This document shows positions 29,121 to 41,158 of a stretch of 64,000 nt of DNA, piece after piece. The translations under genes and the position numbers were made by a program. Position 1 is the first letter of the stretch. The number at the start of each line of letters is the position of its first letter. This DNA is from Cycas panzhihuaensis (taxonomy: Eukaryota > Plantae > Cycadophyta). The notes beneath the pieces are model-generated. The model was not told the origin of the DNA, ran no database searches, and worked only from the letters and a program-made list of their open reading frames with translations. The stretch covers positions 129,463,741 through 129,527,740 of the forward strand of contig CM041465.1 of assembly GCA_023213395.1 (NCBI GenBank), read 5' to 3'.

Positions 29121-32100
29121 TGTAATGGTCCTAACAACTACTCAACTCAAAATTATGAGATATAGTAGAATATATAAGAAACCTTAGTAATATACTTCAA
29201 TGAAAGAGGAAAAAAACTTTAAAAGACAAGAAGATGAGAAGAGTTTTCTAAAATAGGAAAGTAGCTTTCAATTAATATTATAATATACTTTATAATAAGG
29301 ACCCAAGAGGGCATACATAATTCTTTTACCACTAATATTTACTTTCTACTAAAGCATGTGGAATAAAATAAATAGAACTATTCATGTACTTACTAAACCT
29401 CATCCCATACTAATTAAGTGAGTAATACAAAATATGCATGATTTATAACTCCTAATATATTCATATATACATATTCCATTATATACATAATGTGCTTATA
29501 CCTATATGTATATTGTTATCTATGATTTATTTATTCCTTAATATGATCCTCTCCTTAATATGCTTTACCCTCGAAGTATAAGAGAAAACTTGACCATATG
29601 ACCATTGTAAATCTTTAGAAAATTAGTGTATACAAAGAGGATATAGCCATCATTAAAAGGTTTTTATTATTCTCGAATATCTTTAATTAGCTATCCTTGA
29701 ACTTGAAGTGCATTGTTACCTTGAGTACCAAGTCTCCTAATAGTACGAGTGATGATAACACTCCCCTTTTACATAATATTTATCTTCTTTTTCTCAACTT
29801 TGGGTGAAATATAATCTTCCTTGCTTGGTTCCTATATATAAACTTTTTTTTTTTTATTCCTTATTTTATCTTTATTTCCTTTTGCTTGATCTTACTTAAA
29901 TTTCTCCTACATTTTCTTTATACTCTACTTTTACCTTATATTTGTTAGATATGTTGAACATTTTATAAGTGTTATATATGTAAAAGGAGGTTAAAATTTT
30001 GGTCATATTTTGGCATGGTTTTCCCTTCCAACCTCCTTAGAGAGGGATCCAAGGGAGGTGGTAGCCCCCTTTGATAAGGGAGGTGTGAGCGGGTGAATGT
30101 CTCCTCTAATCCCCTTCCCACCATAAAGAAGGGGTTTAGGGGCGACAGCCCCCAAAGAAAATTTAGGGCTTAAACAGAAAAGAGAATCAAGGTCATTCAT
30201 CATAAAGACCATAGATCTGACAGTTCAAATCTTGTACCTTCTTATGACATTCTTTATATAACCCAAATTGGGTAATTCTTTGTAGAGTGTAGAAAGTAGA
30301 TAAGTTAATGAGGTGCGTTGGGGTTTTATCTCTGTAATTCTTTAGTTTTTTCTTAGATTAATAAAGGGTCTATACTTAGACCTAAATCTCCTAGTGTTCT
30401 TTGTTATGTTCTTAATTTGTTTATGCTATTTGTTCTTTATATAGTTAAAGTTCTATTTATATTGCTTTCACGGTTGCATTTTACTCTTCATTTAGTATCA
30501 GAGCTAAGGGTTTTAGTTCTATGGGAAGCCATTTGGTGAGCGGGAGCCTTATTTGGTAAACTTGAGTATGAAGATTATGGCAACTATTATGAAGATGGAG
30601 ATTGAAAATTTCAATGGCCAAAACTTTAAGTTATAGAAGCTAAAGATGGAAGATATCCTTGTCAAAAATGATCAGTTAATCATTGTAGTAAGAATAAAGC
30701 ATGCAACTATGGCTGATAAAGATTAGAAGAAGCTTGATCAAAAAGCAATCAATTTGATAAGGTTATGCCTTTTAGATATGGTGATGGTGTTGTTGAACAT
30801 TTCTATAGAGACTATGACCAAAGATCTATGGATAAAGTTAGGGGCTTTGTATCAAACTAAGTCCCTGGTTAATAAGTTATTTCTTCAAAAAAAATTATAC
30901 TCACTCAGGATAAGTGATAGAGATGTAGTTTCAGATCATCTCACTGCATTTAATACCATGGTGAGCCAACTTACTTTAATTGCGGTAACAATGTCTAAAG
31001 AATATAAGTGTATTACCCTATTATGTTCACTTCCCGATTCCTAAGATAATCTTGTGATGACGATTAGCAGTATAACTACTCCTACCCTAAAATTTAATGA
31101 TGTCATTACTACTCTATTATCAGAAGAGATAAGGTGAAAATCTCCTAAAGATCATTTAAAAGAAGTACTGGTAGTGATAGGTCGAACATTGGATCGTGAC
31201 CAATAAAGGCCTAGGAATAAATAACCAAATCTAGAGGGAAATCTAAATCTCCAGCCAAAGGCCCCTTAGTATACTAGAGATGTGGGAAGGTTGGCCATAT
31301 GAAGAGCCAATGCCAACCCAAGGTTGACAAGGCAAAGTCACCTAAAGCTACCTCTTCCATGATAGTAAAAGCCTCTGATAAAGCTGATGGTAATGTTTAT
31401 TTAGCAATCTTAGGTTAGTTGTTAAATGTTGAGTCTTGCTTAATTGGCTCTACTGCTTTACTTCATGTTACTCCCTATAGGGAGTGGTTTTGTGAATACA
31501 CAAGTATTAATGGAGGTGAAGTATTTCTTAGGGATCATTACCCATATAAAATTATAGGTCATGGAAGGGTGAAGGTTCGATTTAGGGATGGAAGGATTAA
31601 AATTATCCCCGATATAAGATATATTTCTAGTTTAGGTATAAGTATATTATATGTCAATTAATTAGTGATGTAGGAATAAAAGTGATTTCCAATAAAGACA
31701 TATGCAAAATAATATGAGGAGCATTGGTGTTAGCAAGAGGGGTTTGATTTAGAACATTATATAAGCTTGATGTGAGCACAATGTGTGTTAACAGTTGCAG
31801 TCCAGTTGTTATAGAAAATAGCAATGATGCAGGCAGAACCCAAATATTACTTGCTAGTAAAACTATTGTGTGGCATCAGAGATTGGGCCATATTGGAGAT
31901 AAAGGCCTCTATGATTTATTCTTTAAAGTTATGGCAGAAAACAACTCTGAAATTAATGGCTCCTTTGATTTTGATTTCTATGAGCATTATATGTATGGCA
32001 AATAGAATTTGGTCAATTTTCCTTCAAGCGTAAAGAGAGCAAAGGGTATTCAACAATTGGTGCATAATGATATTTTTGGACCTATTGATGTACCCTCATT

Positions 32101-35100
32101 AGATGGGTCCAAATTCTTTGTCTCATTCATAGATTATTTCTCGAGAAAAATATGGTTGTATTTTCTTAGGGAGAAATATATGGTTTTCAATAAATTCCAA
32201 GAATTCAATGCCTTGGTCTAGAATCATTGACAAGAAAATCAAGGTACTAAAGACTGATAATGGATGTGAGTTTTACTCAAAGGAGTTTGAGCAATTCTAT
32301 AACCAGTATGAAATAGTAAGGTGGAAGACAATTCCCCATATGCCATAGTAAAATAAAGTTGCTAAAAGCATGAATAGGACCTTACCGGAGAGATTGAGGA
32401 GTATGCTTAGTGCTGCTAGTTTAGACAAGAAATTCTAGGCTAAGGCTATGATGATTGTAAGCTACTTGATAAATAGAAAACCAACAACTACCTTAGTATA
32501 CAAAACACCTAAAGAAGTGTGGTATGGTAAGAAACTAGCTCTTGTTTATCTTAGAGTTTTTGGTTGTGAAGCTTTTATGTATATTCCTAAACAAAAAATG
32601 ACTAAGCTTGGTTTCAAAGCATAAAAGACTATTTTCATTGGCTATAGTGATGGTGTTAAAGGGTACCAGCTTTATAACCTTGAAACATAGAAAGTTGTGT
32701 ATAGCCATGATGTTGTCTTTAAAGAGAAGCTCAAGTCTATAAAGCATGATGAAGAACCAAAGGAGAAAAACTCTAAGAAGTTACAGTTTGAGGTAAGAGA
32801 TGAAGATTCTTTATCAAAATATGAGTCAGCTAAAGAGGAAGGACTAGTTGTAGAGGTAGCTCAACCTTAAGAACTCATATCTTAAGGAGATCAACTCGTG
32901 AGAGAAGACAACCTGATAGGTATATTCCTGAAGACTTTTATCACTCCTCGTTTATTTTATCTACTACATATGATGATCTAAGTACTATTCAAGAGGCTCT
33001 AGAGTCAAAAGATAGCCAACTCTAGATGAAGGCTATGAAAGAAGAACTAGTGACCTTGGATAAAAATAACACATAGGATTTGGTGGATCTGCCTAATTGT
33101 AAAAACCTTATTGATAATAAATAGATCTTCAAGAAGAAGTTTTGGGCAGATGGTATAGTGAAAAAGTATAAGGCTTGCTTAGTAACAAAGGGTTATTCCC
33201 AAGTCAAGGGAATAGATTTTAATGAGGTATTTTCTCCTATTGTAAAAATAGCTTCAATTAGATTTTTATTGGTTGTAGTAACCCCCTATGACTTTGAGGT
33301 GGATCAAATGGATGTAAGGACTACATTTCTTCATGGTGACCTTGAGGAAGAAATTTATAAGTTATAGCTTGAAGGTTTTGAAGTTGCAGGGAAGAAAATA
33401 TAGTGTGTAGGTTGAAGAAATCGTTATATAGCTTGAAACAATCATCAAGGATATGGTATCAAAGGTTTAATTCACATATGTTAGTAGATGTCTTTATGCA
33501 CAATATAGTAGATCATTATGTCTAATATAATTAAGTTGGTGATCACTTTGTTATTATAGCTTTATATATTGATGATATACTTTTAATTAGTAACAATAAA
33601 GAAATTAACTAACTTGTGAAAAGCCAATTATCATCATATTTTGAGATAAAAGGACTTTGGTACTACATATTTTAGGCATTGAGATTAAAAAAGATAGAAG
33701 AAACAAGAAGATTTAGCTTAGCCAAAATCAATACATCGAGATAATATTACAGTGGTTCAAGTTACAGGATAGTAAACTAATTAATGTTCCTCTTCCTCTT
33801 GGTTTAAAATTATCAGTTGAGTAATGCCCAAAGACTCACCAAGAAGTTGAAGACATGGCATTTGTCCCGTATGCTAGTGTTATTAGTAGCTTGATATATG
33901 TAATGGTCTGCACTTGACTAAACATTGCCCATGTAGTAGGAGTAGTTAGTAGGTACATGTTAAACCTAGGGACGGAGCATTGGAGGGGTACATCAGACTA
34001 TGGAATTTACTATCAAAGAGATCCCATAGAGAGTAGAACAATAAACCTAAAAGGTTTTGTTGATGTTGATTGGGTTAGAGATCTTGACAGTAGAAGATCT
34101 ACAAGTGGGTATGTTTCTACCTTTTATAGTGGCATAGTTAACTAGATGAACAAAAGACAACAAGTTGTGGCACTCTCTAGCATAGAAGTAGAGTATATGG
34201 CAGCTACACGTGCGTGTAAGGAAGTAATTTGGTTATAGAGATTATGCATAGATGTTGGCTTTAAGCAGGATGTTATGAGAATAGATTGTGATAGTCAAAG
34301 TGTATTCTACCTAGCAAAGAACCCCATTTTTCATGCTCAATCAAAGTATATTGATGTGCAATTCCATTTTATGAGATAAATAGTTTAAGATCATAAGGTA
34401 GACTTGTAAAACATTACCATATAAGATAATATTCTAGACTCATTAACCAAGGTTGTTGACATAGAAAAATTTTAATGGTATAGAAAGGAAATAGGTGTTT
34501 ATGATATTAACATTAAGTAGTTGTGTATGTAGGTTTCTTGTAAAGTATTCAACAAGTGGGAGATTGTTGGATATGTTGAATACTTTATAAGTGTTACATA
34601 TATATAAGGAGGTTAAAATTTTTGTCCTACTTTGGTATAGTTTTCCCCTTCAACCTCCTTACAGGAGGATCCAAGGGGGGTGGTAACCCCCTTTGGTAAG
34701 GGGCTTGCAGGGGGAGGGGAGAAGATGTCTCCCCCTCCCCCCCCACCCAGAAAGTAGGGGTTCAAGGGCAATAGACCCTAAAGAAAATTTTAGGGTTCAA
34801 ACAAAAAAGAGAATTAGGACCGTTCATCATAAAGAGCCTAGATCTAATGGTTCAGATCTTGTACCTTCTTATGACATTCTTTATGTAACCCAAATTGGGT
34901 AATTCTTTGTAGAGTGTACAAAGTTGATGAGTTGATAAGGTAAGTTAGGGTTTCATCTCTATAATTATTTAGCCTTTGCTCAAATTAATAAAAGGTATAT
35001 GCTTAGACTTAAATCTCCTGGTGTTCTTTATTATGTGCTTAATTTGTTTATGTTATCTGTTCTTTGCATGTTTAAAGTTCTATTCATATTGCTTTCATGA

Positions 35101-36373
35101 TTGTATTTTACTCTTCAATAGTGATCCTTATGCTTTTCACAAGTTACTTTTTCTGGTATTAGGAGAATTCCCTTTTTATTCTTGTAACTAAGTCGTTCTA
35201 ATATTTGGCATGCCTCTTCTTTTTCTTATTCACTATTTTTTATTTCTTCCCACTATGTCTTATTATATTTCTTGAGAAAATCACTTTTTAGACTAACCCA
35301 TGTTATTAAAAAAGAAATGTATGTTCTTATGTACCATCCTTTATACCAAAGATAACCCTCTCCCTATAGATATAAAGAGACAACTTGTATCCTTTCTCTA
35401 CTACTTAGAGCATTCTTAGGAGAAGAATATAAATAAACCTCCATTTATTTAATCCAATCCTTTAGATCAATGTTATATCTCTATTGAAGAAGGGAGGTAC
35501 TGGTATTTCAATTTCCATAAAAGAGACACTTGCTTAAAAATATATAAAATTTTGCTCTAAATTGGTGAAAATTTTTTAAAACCCTTAGAAATTATAAACA
35601 TTTGAACTTTCCTTTAAAAAATGACATAGCTTTTTTTTACCCCTAAATTGATTGTTTCTTTTTATTTAGTGAAGTATACTTCAACACATATTTAATGAGC
35701 TTGGTTTGAGGTGATTTGGACCTCTATAGCTCATATAATGACTCTTGCAAGTTGGCTAAATTTTTCTAGTTTCTAAGACAACAATAGTATCCTCCACTAA
35801 AATGGGAATAACTTTCAAACCAAATCTCCAATTTAGATGATTCCTTTTTTGAGTAAATTCAAATTCAAGATATATTAACTAAAAAAATAATTGATGTCAT
35901 TTGGATACTTTTAACCCTTGTGATAGCTATCAAAATTTAAAGATGTAGAGTTCTAGGATTGTAAAAAATTTTGATAGTAGGCCAAAATTAAAAACTTGAT
36001 AACCTTTGATCTGGAACTTCAAAATATTATATATGACCACTTAAAATATATATAAACCCTTACCCTGAAATGTTGATGCACTTAGATTTTATCAAAATCA
36101 GACATTTACTACCTAAAAAATATGTTGCAAGAATTTTAGCTTAAAAAATATAAGCTCCTCACTCTAATACTACATGTAATGGTCATAGCAACTACTCAAC
36201 TCAAATTTGTGAGATATAATATAATATAAGAAAAATCTTAATAACATGCTTCAATGAAAAGGAAAATAAGTTTCAAAAGAAGAGAAGAGATACGAGAAGA
36301 GAAGAGTTTACCAAAATAGGAAAGTAACTTTCAATATACATATTATTCTCTACTACATATTTTTTCCCTAACA
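29121..36373 (-). mobile_element. Non-autonomous gag-only Ty3/gypsy element hosting a Copia insertion
   Basis: LTRs at 36175-36373 (5', shorter) and 29121-29543 (3') both begin TGTAATGGTC on the + strand. Decayed PBS CTCTAATACTA, PPT AAGGAGAGGA, TSD TATAA/TATGA. Gag relic DLKDWIK.MEVYL...ERIQVVSLYL.GEGYLWY...ITWVSLKSDFLKKY at ~35250-35520. Confidence 0.82.
29943..35117 (+). mobile_element. Full-length decayed Ty1/copia element (Tnt1-like polyprotein)
   Basis: LTRs at 29943-30490 and 34565-35117, TSD ATATT/ATAGT, PBS TAGTATCAGAGC, PPT AAGTGGGAGA. Motifs TKSLVNKLFL, zinc knuckle CGKVGHMKSQC, WHQRLGH, QMDVRTTFLHGDLEEEIY and DLDSRRSTSGYV. Confidence 0.96.
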
Positions 36374-36813
36374 TATGAAGTGCAAGTATGCAGAATGATA
36401 AAGGTTTTGATAGAAAGATAAAATCATCTAAGTCCTATAAGGAAAAGTAATTTCCTCCTTATATGTTGCCAACTTATTTAGAAGTTGAGATTAAAAGTGA
36501 GTATTCATTTCGTGAGGTGCAAAGTTGTAGAGTGTTAAGGTTAACTAAAAGAGAAGATTTTGTGTTTCATAATCTGCACCTTAATACATAAAGTCATAAA
36601 AATAAGTAAAGTCTAACAATGTAAAGTTGTAAAAACTTCAAGTTATTTAAGGTATTATAAATAATAGGTCCTACCATATCACTTCATACTTTATAAGTGT
36701 TCCTCTTGAACATTAGATATTAAGTGAAACAAAAGAAAGCAATGTAATAGAAATAAGTTTGTTATATGTATATGTGTGTATTTTTTCATACTTCATAAAC
36801 TTAAAAGTAAATT

Positions 36814-38087
36814 TAGAATCTATGAATCATGTGCTACTGATCAAATATCGAGCTATGCTAATAGAATAATTCAATAAACAAGCAAAATACATGAACAGAA
36901 CTGGGATAACCAAAGCACAAGTGAATTGGTCACCATGTAAGGCTCAATTTAGGTAGAGCTTCTCATATACTTTAAGTTAATATACAAAAGAATAATATGG
37001 GGCTTAATTTATAGGCAACACATCAATATGTCCATGAATATAATTGGTTGACTAAGTGACACATATTGCAGACTTGACAAATTATCAAATAAGATTTAAG
37101 TGAAAAATCAAATAGAATTTAATCTCATGGATTAAAATTGAAACATAATGAAAAATTATGAAGATTTTTGATAAAATAAAGGTCGTGGAGGTTCGCACAG
37201 CCTATGCATGACTTTGGGCAGCCTATGAGGGGTGTGAGAGCCAAAAACACCACCAAATTGTAATGGTTTGCTCCAACATCAAAGGAGGGAGGTAGTATCC
37301 ATAAGAAGCTAATAGACTCAAGTTTTATGAGAAATGAGCTCATGACAAATAGAAAAGAGCTATGGAGAGCAAGAGGGCTATGTGAGCCAAAGTGGGTAGA
37401 AATGAGCTTAAAGTAGCCTAAAACCCATCAAAATAGACTCCATTAGGCTAAGAATGAAGTTGGATGGCCACTAAAGAGGGAAATATAGCTTCAACAAGTA
37501 GATATATGCAAATCTAAGGTTGGAATAACTTGGAAACAAGCCTTTTTTTACTGTTTTTACTCCAAAAATAAACCCTAACCACATACAGCTGTAAACAAAT
37601 TGAGTTTCAACTATATAGAGAAGATATACATTGGAGTAGGCCTACACTTCATATTAAACAGTAGTGTGCACTAATGTTTGAGAGAAAACTAAAGAAATGA
37701 GTGAAAACGAGGTGTTGTTATGAAGGAATGAGCCTCTATTTACCAATATTTCTCAAATAACTTTAAAATAGAGCACAAACTAGCTCAGATACCATGCTAA
37801 AAACCTTTAGGATCTATAAATCATGTGTTACTAATCAAATATCAAGCTATACTAATAGAATAATGTAATAAACAAGTAAAATACATGAACAAAATTAACA
37901 TAAACAAAGCACGGGTGAATTGGTCACCACGTGAGGCTCAATTTGGGCAAAGCTTCTATATATACTTCAAGATAATATATAAAAAAATGATACAAGGCTT
38001 AATTTATAGGCAACCCATCAATATTTCCATGAATACAATTGGCCGACTAAGTAGCACATGCAGCAAACCTAACTAGATTATCAAACA
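36814..38087 (-). mobile_element. TRIM-like non-coding LTR element
   Basis: Direct repeats of ~280-290 bp at 36814-37091 and 37795-38087 flank ~700 bp without retro domains. PBS GCTCAGATACCA at 37783-94. The left terminus is eroded and there is no clear PPT. Confidence 0.7.
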
Positions 38088-39326
38088 AGATTAAATTTAC
38101 AATGTGGGTTGCCTTAACATACAAAATACACCTAATGTGCATAAAATTAACATGTGTTACAAAGAAATGAAGGTGATATTATATAGTTTTAACAAATTGT
38201 GAATGACTAATTGACACACAAAAGCATATATTATGAAATTCATTTATGAAGTATTATAAACAGAAGTTTATAGTGCATAAAGAAGAGTATATATACACTT
38301 TATAAATTTGGAATAACTATGAAGACTTAACTTATAAGCGAAAGTATAAAGTAGTGGGTAGTAGAGGTGATAGACTTCACACATTTATTATAGATGCATG
38401 CAAGAAAACATGCAATAAAATATCACTTCACTATTTTTATTTTTTCCCTATTTATTTGTGAAGATTTTATAAACAATAGATGCTTAAAGTATAAAATATG
38501 AACAAAAATTCTAGTCAAGAGAAATTTCTTCTAGTATTGGAAGTTAATATGAAATTCTTAAATAATTTCTTGTAATATTTCTTTGAGTTTTTACTAAACA
38601 GATTTTCGAAGGAGAATAGGTCATGGTCAACACTAAGCCTAGTGCAAAGTATCATTATAATGAATTTTATAAATTAAAAGAGAAGTAGGATTGCATTGAA
38701 AGGCTTGATATTGAAATTAGGATGGGTTACTCAAAAGAAGGAAAGTTATTATTTAATTTAAGCCTAAAAAAATTATAACACTTTTTCTCAACAAAGGAAA
38801 GTTATAAGCTCTTAATAAGGGTAAGCCAAAGATTTAATATATAATCTATAAATTTAAAATAATTATCAAAATGTCTTTTATCAGTAGCCAATTCTCCAAC
38901 ATATATATAAATAATTCACTTGATATATCAAGGTATTATATATGGATGGTTTGGTGTAATTAGGCATCATATTCACTTCACAACATGTCTTTTAAAAGGA
39001 TAAAGTTGATAATTAGTAGGATATATGGTGATTGTGAAATTTTGATATGTTAAGATATAGAAAAGGTTTTAAATGATAAAGTGTGGGAAAATGTACTCCT
39101 AATAATGGAATGGTATTGATAGAGGGAATTAAAGGAATTATCATTTTCTTAAAATATTTTATAAAAGATAAAGGCATGGCCAAGAAAAGTATATATATGA
39201 AAAGATGCCTTTAACTTTACTTTATTGGAAAAAAAAATAGAAAATAAGTTATAAAAATAAATGCTAGAAAATTACTAGCATGATAAAAGAATCTAAAAGG
39301 GATGAGAATGTTGGTTTGGCACAAAG

Positions 39327-39890
39327 ATGCAGGGCAGCTATGGTTTCAAAGGACTATTGCAGACAATAATTAGAACAGACCTAAGAGGGGGAATGACCCC
39401 AAATAGATCGAGAGGGAATGACATCCCAGGATTGATTCAAGGATAAGTACAGTCTCTATATAAGGAGAATAGTTTACTCAGATATAATTGTAAGGTGACA
39501 GGATCTAGGCAACATCTCACATGGAGACAACAACAAATGTTTGGGGATCTTAATCCAAGCTATAGATAAGAGATCTTATGGGAGGAGGCAAAGGTTACCA
39601 AACCTTAGTTTCAAACAGAATATGACTATTATTTGGCACCTTTGCAGGTTTTGTTAAAGATATAAGAGAAGCTCATGAGATGGGAAGGATATAAAGAGTT
39701 AGACAATAAAAAATTAAGTGCATTATACTTAAAAGGATATATTATAGAGGGAGATTTATCAAGAGACTCCTCTATTTATGGGGGAGATGTGGTGGATTCT
39801 AAGGAAGGAGGGCATATAGAATTAATTCATTAGATAAGAAGCCTAAATCCACTAGCAGTAGTGTATTTTTTTTCCAAGTTGATTGGTTAA
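39327..39890 (+). pseudogene. Extra upstream ORF or N-terminal extension of L1 ORF1, possibly RNase H-like
   Basis: 188 codons with no frameshift and five internal TAA/TAG stops. It contains LKGYIIEGDLS and IELIH*IRSLNPLA and is in the same frame as the ORF1 ATG at 39927. Confidence 0.55.
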
Positions 39891-39926
39891 TATAGCTTTG
39901 AGTTGATTTGTTTTTTATTTAATTAA

Positions 39927-41150
39927 ATGGAGGATATGGTGCAAGGATTATTAACAAACTAGACTCAAAAATCTTCTTTGGGGAGATCTTACTTAGAAGC
40001 CCTACAAAATGGAGAAATTGAACCTTTAGATATAAATCTCGTTATTCAAGATGAAACCCTTAAGATTCCCATCCCTAAGAAACTTTTTGAGCGAACTGAG
40101 AGGTACTAGGAGCATAGCTTGGTGGGGAGATTTTTGGGGCCAAGGCCTAGATTGGATGCTATAAGGAAATAGTTAGTAAATAGGTGGAAGATCAAAAATT
40201 TTATGGAGGTTATAGCCCTCCCAAGGGGGTGTGTCATATTTAAATTTTTCAATCAAAAGGACATGGTCAATATTCTTTTGAAATTTCCATGGATCATGGA
40301 GAGAAAAGCATTACTTTTGGAAAAATAGCATCCAAATTTTGATTTGACCATGCTAACAATAAAATATACACCAATCTGGGTCCAGATGTTAGGATTTCCC
40401 CTCAAAGTGTGGGATCTAGAAGTAATTAAGGGGGTGGTGAAATCCATTGGCCATTTACTAGCAATAGACTCTAGAACCAAGAATTAAAGTAGATTAATTA
40501 ACACCAAATTTTATGTTCTAGTGAGACTAGATAAACCTCTCCTTGAATAGGTAGAAATTGAAGCCAACAATTGGAGTAAGGAGCAGAGCCTTATTTATAA
40601 ACTAGTTAATGCAAGATACTCAACCTATAAAAGATTAGGTCATGCTTCCCATAATTGCCCTAAGGAGATGAAAAAGGAAGGCAAGGAGGCAAGAGGCAGA
40701 GAAAACTCTAAATCCAAATAGCACCTCTAATTTTCCAAGGGAGTCAACAAGGATGGAGGATGTTGCTAAGAAAATCAATTTGGAAGTTGAAGACACCTTT
40801 TTCAAGTAAGAAGAGGAAATTTATCAAGAGGAGAGTTTGATAGCAAGCAAATAAGAGCCTCAGTAAGAAGAGAGAGAGAGACAAAGAGTGGAAGAGGACT
40901 CGATAAGTGATCTGCCTAAAGGGAATGGGAGTTAGGAGGGAAAGGGATATAGATACAGAAAAGATCCTAAAAAAGATACTTAGGAAGAACAGAGGGTCAG
41001 GGCATGCATAGAGCCCCAGATTTGGGAGGAGAGAAGAAGATTGGTAGACCTACCTTGAAGATAATAAAAGAAAGGGACCCAACTGCCCAAGTGGATTAGG
41101 GGAGCTAATATACCCTTAGGGAGGGTAGGGGAGAAGGTCTGAGATTAATA
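39927..41150 (+). pseudogene. L1 ORF1 (DUF4283 plus zinc knuckle), disrupted
   Basis: SLVGRFLGPRPRLDAIRK*LVNRWKI...FKF...PWIMERKALLLEK*HPNFD...PIWVQ, and knuckle YSTYKRLGHASHNC with both leading Cys converted to Tyr. Confidence 0.9.
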
Positions 41151-41158
41151 AGTAAAAG

